The notes under the pieces are model-generated. The model saw nothing but the letters and a program-made list of their open reading frames with translations, was not told the DNA's origin and made no database searches. A stretch of 30,551 nucleotides of DNA from positions 1 to 30,551 of the forward strand of contig CAZYCQ010000040.1 of NCBI GenBank assembly GCA_964645535.1. Reading direction: 5' to 3'. This document shows positions 25,548-30,551 of the stretch, one piece after another; the first letter of the stretch is position 1, and each line of letters begins with the position of its first letter. The position numbers and the translations under genes are program-made. This stretch comes from an uncultured archaeon. Lineage in GTDB: Archaea; Asgardarchaeota; Heimdallarchaeia; Heimdallarchaeales; Kariarchaeaceae.

Positions 25548-27626
25548 TTGACTGAAGAAAAGTACATTGTCACAAGTGCATTGCCATATATCAATGGTGT
25601 AAAGCATATCGGAAATCTGATCGGATCCCTTCTTCCTGCTGATATTTATGCTCGTTACCTAAGGCTGAAAGGGAAGGATGTCGTTGCCATCTGTGGTACT
25701 GATGAACATGGAACCCCTGCGGAGCTTTCTGCCTTGAAGGCCGGTCTCCCCGTGAAAGAATATTGCGATCAGATGTATAAGATTCAAAAAGACATTTACG
25801 AACGATTCAATCTTTCATTTGATTATTTTGGACGAACCTCTGATATTGAAAATCATGAGATCACTCAAGAAATATTTCTAGCACTCTACAAGAACGGTTA
25901 TATCTTCGAAAAGGAAACTGAACAGCTCTATTCCGTAGATGATGACCGTTTTCTGCCTGATCGCTATGTTATCGGCACTTGTCCGCATTGCGGCTACGAA
26001 AGAGCCAGGGGTGATCAATGTGAAGGATGCTCAACCCTTCTCAATCCGACAGAACTGATCAATCCTCGTTCTGAAATTTCTGGTAGTACAAATATTATTA
26101 GGAAAAAGGCAAAACACCTATACATTGATCTTCCCAAAATTCAACCAAAAGTTGAGGCATGGGTAAAGGCACAGACACAATGGCCCTTAACTACCAAATC
26201 CATTGCTGAAAAGTGGTTAAAAGAAGGGCTAAAGCCCAGAGCTATAACCCGGAACCTAAAATGGGGAATCAAGGTGCCTCTTAAGGGATATGAGGATGTT
26301 GTGTTCTATGTCTGGTTCGATGCCCCAATAGGATACATTTCGATTACAAAGAAATGGGCAAAGGTAATTGGTGAACCTGACAAATGGCTTGATTACTGGA
26401 AAAATCCCAACACTACCCTGATCCAATTCATGGGTATCGATAATGTTCCCTTTCACACGGTTACCTTCCCAAGCTCACTTATTGGGTCTGATTTAGGATA
26501 TATCCTCCCGAAGCACGTAAAGGGTTTCCAGTGGTTGACCTATGAAGGTGGAAAGTTCTCAACTTCTCAAAACAGGGGCATTTTCACGGATCAAGCCCTT
26601 GAACTCTATCCTGCTGACTATTGGAGGTATTACCTGACACTAATTGCTCCAGAACGTCAGGACACCGATTTCATTTGGGAAAAATTCCAAGAGGCTGTAA
26701 ACAGTGATTTGAACAATCTTTATGGAAATCTCCTCAGTAGGGCTGTTGCCTTTACCGAGAAGCATTTTGACGGAATTGTGCCTGCCGCCAAAAAATCTGG
26801 CGATGCAGAAAAACAGCTATGGGATTCCCTTAAAGAGACCATCACGGAATATGAAACAACCTTTGACCAAATCGAATTCCAGAAACCTTTGAAAGCAGTC
26901 CGTACTTTCCTTGGTGAACTGAACCGATATTTCCAAGCTTCCAAACCATGGGAAACCATTAAATCCGATCCTGATAAGGCTGCCACCACAATTTCCACCC
27001 TTGTACATGCCCTGAGATCAGTGGCCATCCTCAGTGCACCGATCATTCCGGAAAGTTCAGAGAAAATTTTCAAGGCCTTGGGAGCATCCACCTCTGTCCA
27101 TGAAGAGAGATGGGAAAACATTATCGATTCTGAGGCATTTGTCGGCAATAAAATAAACAATATTGGCTATCTTTTCAGAAAAATCCAAGACAAGGAAATC
27201 GAGGAACTCAAAAAACGTTTTGGATCCCGAGAGCAAATCGATCAAGGGAAGAAAAAAAAGAAAAAGAAAGAAAACGAGAAAAAACAGAAGCAAAGCAAAT
27301 ACATTAAATTTGAAGATTTTGAGAAAGTCAAACTCAAGACCGCTGTTGTTCTTCAAGCAGAAAAACATCCCAAATCGGAGAAACTCCTAATTCTTACCGT
27401 TGATGATGGTGAAAGGAAAGATCGAACCATTGTTGCCGGAATTGCAAAGTATTACAATCCTGATCAACTTTTAGGTCAAACCATCTGCATAGTTGACAAT
27501 TTGAAACCCAAAAAACTTGCTGGTGTAAAATCCGAGGGTATGTTGCTTGCTGTTGAAGACAAGAATGGGGATGTCGTGCTGATCCAGCCCTCAAAAAATA
27601 CGGCTCCTGGTCTGAGATTGTCTTAA
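25548..27626 (+). CDS. metG: Methionyl-tRNA synthetase with C-terminal tRNA-binding OB domain
   Basis: TSALPYING.KHIGN, GTDEHG, CPHC...CEGC Zn knuckle, YVWFDAPIGY, GKFSTS; C-terminal Trbp111-like domain (NLKPKKLAGVKSEGMLL). TTG start with GAGGTGA RBS. Confidence 0.97.
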   Translation: MTEEKYIVTSALPYINGVKHIGNLIGSLLPADIYARYLRLKGKDVVAICGTDEHGTPAELSALKAGLPVKEYCDQMYKIQKDIYERFNLSFDYFGRTSDIENHEITQEIFLALYKNGYIFEKETEQLYSVDDDRFLPDRYVIGTCPHCGYERARGDQCEGCSTLLNPTELINPRSEISGSTNIIRKKAKHLYIDLPKIQPKVEAWVKAQTQWPLTTKSIAEKWLKEGLKPRAITRNLKWGIKVPLKGYEDVVFYVWFDAPIGYISITKKWAKVIGEPDKWLDYWKNPNTTLIQFMGIDNVPFHTVTFPSSLIGSDLGYILPKHVKGFQWLTYEGGKFSTSQNRGIFTDQALELYPADYWRYYLTLIAPERQDTDFIWEKFQEAVNSDLNNLYGNLLSRAVAFTEKHFDGIVPAAKKSGDAEKQLWDSLKETITEYETTFDQIEFQKPLKAVRTFLGELNRYFQASKPWETIKSDPDKAATTISTLVHALRSVAILSAPIIPESSEKIFKALGASTSVHEERWENIIDSEAFVGNKINNIGYLFRKIQDKEIEELKKRFGSREQIDQGKKKKKKKENEKKQKQSKYIKFEDFEKVKLKTAVVLQAEKHPKSEKLLILTVDDGERKDRTIVAGIAKYYNPDQLLGQTICIVDNLKPKKLAGVKSEGMLLAVEDKNGDVVLIQPSKNTAPGLRLS

Positions 27627-29113
27627 CCTCTTTGTTTAACCACATGTGTAATCCTAGTAAGGTAATCCAAGATATCTGATTGTCGGACTCGTTCCACTAC
27701 ATCAGCATTACTTTCGATTAGTTTTGCCCACGTGGAGATTTGATTTTCAATTTCCTTTTGATGCGCCTTTGCTTTTTCTTTGTGATTTTCAAGCCCCTGC
27801 TCTTCTGCTATGAGAATCGCCTGTTCCAATGCATTCATGGCTCTTTCAATATTCTTTCGTATCAGCTCGATCTTGGAGATCAAGATCAGGGAATTGATGA
27901 CCACAGGGTAACTTCTGTGCATTTGTCCTATCTTTAGCAATTTCTGTCCCAATTGGTATATTTCCTCAACCAACCACTCCTCATTGCTTACTGTAGCTTC
28001 GATAAGAGTAAGATCAATTAGATTCTCTATCGCAAAAACGGTGAGATTGTGATCCAATGTGTCATATTCTTTTATGATCTTTTCAAACAGCGGATAGGCC
28101 TGCATTTTTTGGTATAGTCTTTTCTGTTTTTTCAACCAAAAAGCCTTGCTTGCAAGATACCTTGCCGTCACAATCCGATTTTCAGATGAAAGTTCAAGAA
28201 CTTCTAATTCTGATATGTACTGCTCTGCTTGTTGAAATTCACCTTTCGCAGTATATGTGAGGGCTAGATAGTAAAGTGAATGTGAAACATTAATGTCGTT
28301 CCCTATGATCCTTCTCAATTGTAAGCTTCTCAGGAAATGTTGTTCTGCTTCTTCTAGATTGCCTTGTTCAAAAAAAATCCTTCCTAGATTCAAATGCAGA
28401 AAATCCGTACTATGAGAAGAATTAAGCTTTTTCTTGATTTCAATCCCTCTCTGGAGAAAAGTTGCTGCCTTGTCATAATCCCCGCGTTCAATATGTATCA
28501 AGCCGATGTTGTTTAGCACTTTTGAAGCATATGTTTCATTTCCCACTTCTTCAAGAATTGCAAGTGCTTTTTTAAAAGACTTCAATGCATCAACCAATTC
28601 GCTTCGTTCATAATGAATGACCCCTATGCTGTTCAGCGTAATTGCCTTGTCAAGTTTATTTTCTAGCTGATCCCAGATCTCATAAGCTGCAATCAGTTTT
28701 TCAATTCCTTCCTCCCTCATTCCCAATTCATTTTTGACAAGCCCTTCCACAAAAAGGAGACGACCCATAAGATCGCTTTCCTTTTCCTTGTCAATTTTTT
28801 TCATGTACTTTTGTGCCTTATTGATGAGATCAATAGCCTCCTTGATTCTTCCCAACCTGTAACGCGAAAACGACTTAGTGATTGAACCAATGATGATAAT
28901 GCTTGGATCGGGATTATTCATCTCATCTATTCTACAAATAAGCTCCTCCGCAATTTGGGACTCATGTTGAAAAAGTCCTTGATGATCCAGAATTCTGCAT
29001 TGATATGCCATTGCTTCAAGATTGCCCTCCATTGCCATAGATGTAGCGAGCTGCATTGCATAATCATATTTGCCGCGCTGCATCAGGTCATGGATGACTT
29101 TTATTGACACCAA
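27623..29113 (-). CDS. Tetratricopeptide-repeat protein
   Basis: Repeated LNSIGVIHYERSELVDAL / LNNIGLIHIERGDYDKA / HLNLGRIFFEQGNLEEA units. Confidence 0.9.
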   Translation of the reverse strand: MVSIKVIHDLMQRGKYDYAMQLATSMAMEGNLEAMAYQCRILDHQGLFQHESQIAEELICRIDEMNNPDPSIIIIGSITKSFSRYRLGRIKEAIDLINKAQKYMKKIDKEKESDLMGRLLFVEGLVKNELGMREEGIEKLIAAYEIWDQLENKLDKAITLNSIGVIHYERSELVDALKSFKKALAILEEVGNETYASKVLNNIGLIHIERGDYDKAATFLQRGIEIKKKLNSSHSTDFLHLNLGRIFFEQGNLEEAEQHFLRSLQLRRIIGNDINVSHSLYYLALTYTAKGEFQQAEQYISELEVLELSSENRIVTARYLASKAFWLKKQKRLYQKMQAYPLFEKIIKEYDTLDHNLTVFAIENLIDLTLIEATVSNEEWLVEEIYQLGQKLLKIGQMHRSYPVVINSLILISKIELIRKNIERAMNALEQAILIAEEQGLENHKEKAKAHQKEIENQISTWAKLIESNADVVERVRQSDILDYLTRITHVVKQRG

Positions 29114-29151
29114 GGTATTCTAGGTTTAATTGAACATAAATCTATCTTAAG

Positions 29152-29850
29152 TCAAAATTCAATGCTGTCTCCGGGTTGAATCCCGTGTACCTTTATCCCA
29201 CTTCCTTCTAGTTCTTTTACTAGTTCTTCAGGAGTTCCGGATAAAGGCGGCACAAATGTTCCATAATGAATAGGTACAACTGCCTCGAGTTTCATCATCT
29301 TGGCTGCATAGGCTGCACCTCTTGGATCCATTGTATAATGGCCCCCGATCGGAAACAGTCCTACTTTAGGTCCAAATAGATCCCTGGTTATTGCCATTTC
29401 CTTCGTAACTCCTGTGTCTCCTGCATGATAGAATGAGTTTCCATCTGGAAATGTGACTACGTAGCCTCCTGGGGAACCAAGGGTGACGACATTCCCTGAA
29501 TTGTCTGCATATCCTCCCGAATGGCTTGCTGGAACCAAGGTGACTTTAATTCCGTCAAAGTCAACGGTTCCTCCGAAATTCATTCCAATTGCTTCAACTC
29601 CATTTTTCTGTAAGAAGAGGCTCATCTCATGAATGACCGGAACCTTTGGCTTGAATTCCTTCCCTATCTCTATTGCATTCCCAAAATGGTCATTATGGCC
29701 ATGTGTGATCAACATAATATCGACTTTCTTTGGACGATACTCCTCTCCCGGAAATTTCGGATTTTCAAGCCAAGGGTCGATCAGGATGGTCTTCCCCTCA
29801 TATTCCAATTGGCATGCTGCATGTCCTAACCATGTCAGTTTGACAGTCAT
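29152..29850 (-). CDS. Metallo-beta-lactamase-fold metal-dependent hydrolase (UPF0173-like)
   Basis: WLGHA, IDPW, THGHNDH, YHAGDT, PIGGHYTM, PIHYGTF. Confidence 0.92.
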   Translation of the reverse strand: MTVKLTWLGHAACQLEYEGKTILIDPWLENPKFPGEEYRPKKVDIMLITHGHNDHFGNAIEIGKEFKPKVPVIHEMSLFLQKNGVEAIGMNFGGTVDFDGIKVTLVPASHSGGYADNSGNVVTLGSPGGYVVTFPDGNSFYHAGDTGVTKEMAITRDLFGPKVGLFPIGGHYTMDPRGAAYAAKMMKLEAVVPIHYGTFVPPLSGTPEELVKELEGSGIKVHGIQPGDSIEF

Positions 29851-30024
29851 GTGTACAAAATCAAGGAAAAAAATAAAATGTTTTCCCCGTACCCTATCTT
29901 ATTCTGTTAATTTTGGAAATTGAATGCATGAACCTTTGGCAAAAATAATGTCAATTCATAATAATAATAATAATCCGGAATATGGTTTGGAGCATGTGTT
30001 TTTTGGAAATTTAATGCTTGGTTC

Positions 30025-30414
30025 TCATAGTTTTGTTGCAATCTCGTTTAAAGTACCTCTATGCATAAAGAAAATTGCAAACAAGTTGATGACTGGAATT
30101 ATCCCTAAAATGAACCCCATGATTGGATCGATTGCATCTACTCCCACTGCCATCGCCATCTCCTTGTTTGCAGCCCAGAACCTATAATATGCATAAATAT
30201 TAATTAAGGGTATAATGCTGAGAATCAGCCAAACAATTGGTGACCATGTTGAGATTGCAGTACCCTTTGTTCTGTTGATATGTTGTGCTGCATTGTGCAT
30301 GTCACTCCATGTAAGGAGCACATAGATTAATGCACCAATGATCGTGAAAGAGAGAATGAGCCAAAGGACTCCATTTCTCTGAGGAATAACTGTGGTCGTT
30401 GTTGTTTCTGACAT
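30025..30414 (-). CDS. Small multi-TM membrane protein (DUF4234-like)
   Basis: Three hydrophobic segments; LILSIIPLINIYAYY and ILGIIPVINLFAIF internal repeat; GAGGA RBS before ATG 30414. Confidence 0.65.
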   Translation of the reverse strand: MSETTTTTVIPQRNGVLWLILSFTIIGALIYVLLTWSDMHNAAQHINRTKGTAISTWSPIVWLILSIIPLINIYAYYRFWAANKEMAMAVGVDAIDPIMGFILGIIPVINLFAIFFMHRGTLNEIATKL

Positions 30415-30551
30415 AAGTCCTCTAAACGCTGTTTTTCTCTTCAAATAAAAATATTTCTCCTATCTGGTATAAGTGTAATTTTTTTTCAATCATAAATTTA
30501 TCAATATAGTACTTATTGAACATTTTTCTGCATTTTACTCTATGTTTTGTG

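Noticed and set aside
27248-27300. A-rich tract in metG as a frameshift or phase-variation site
   Set aside because: The frame is intact and encodes a Lys-rich linker before the tRNA-binding domain.
29959-29973. (TAA)5 microsatellite and the 87-aa ORF 29924-30187
   Set aside because: Short low-complexity intergenic repeat; the ORF is largely antisense to the membrane-protein gene.
1-30551. CRISPR arrays, tRNA/rRNA genes, transposases, integrases
   Set aside because: No spaced repeats, cloverleaf-like segments or recombinase motifs seen; intergenic gaps are short.

Overview
Gene-dense archaeal chromosomal segment of about 26 CDS, with no tRNA, rRNA, CRISPR array or IS element recognised. It is most likely from an Asgard archaeon, probably Heimdallarchaeia (inference from a ribophorin-I/OST1 homologue, an RPA2-like OB protein, a large TPR protein, C-terminally anchored surface proteins, and archaeal RFC-L and HerA). 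In order it holds: a 5'-truncated S8 peptidase plus an anchored surface glycoprotein; a PadR-TRASH regulator; a His-tailed Zn-finger protein; an RPA2-like protein; a sugar N-acetyltransferase; ribophorin I; a 2-TM protein; CopA and CopZ; a herA-mre11-rad50 operon without nurA; a MoaD/SAMP-type ubiquitin-like protein; a second surface protein; RFC large subunit; a nitrilase-family hydrolase; a mycobacterial Sdh1-like succinate dehydrogenase operon; an S9 peptidase; MetRS; a TPR protein; an MBL hydrolase; and a small membrane protein. Three observations stand out. (1) A candidate copper regulon, with a shared 22-bp motif in front of both copA and copZ and a nearby PadR-TRASH sensor. (2) A CopA with sequence features of eukaryotic ATP7/RAN1/HMA5 pumps. 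(3) A structured 5' leader with a Met-containing uORF upstream of metG, a candidate archaeal attenuator. All family calls rest on motifs read by eye; no database searches were run.
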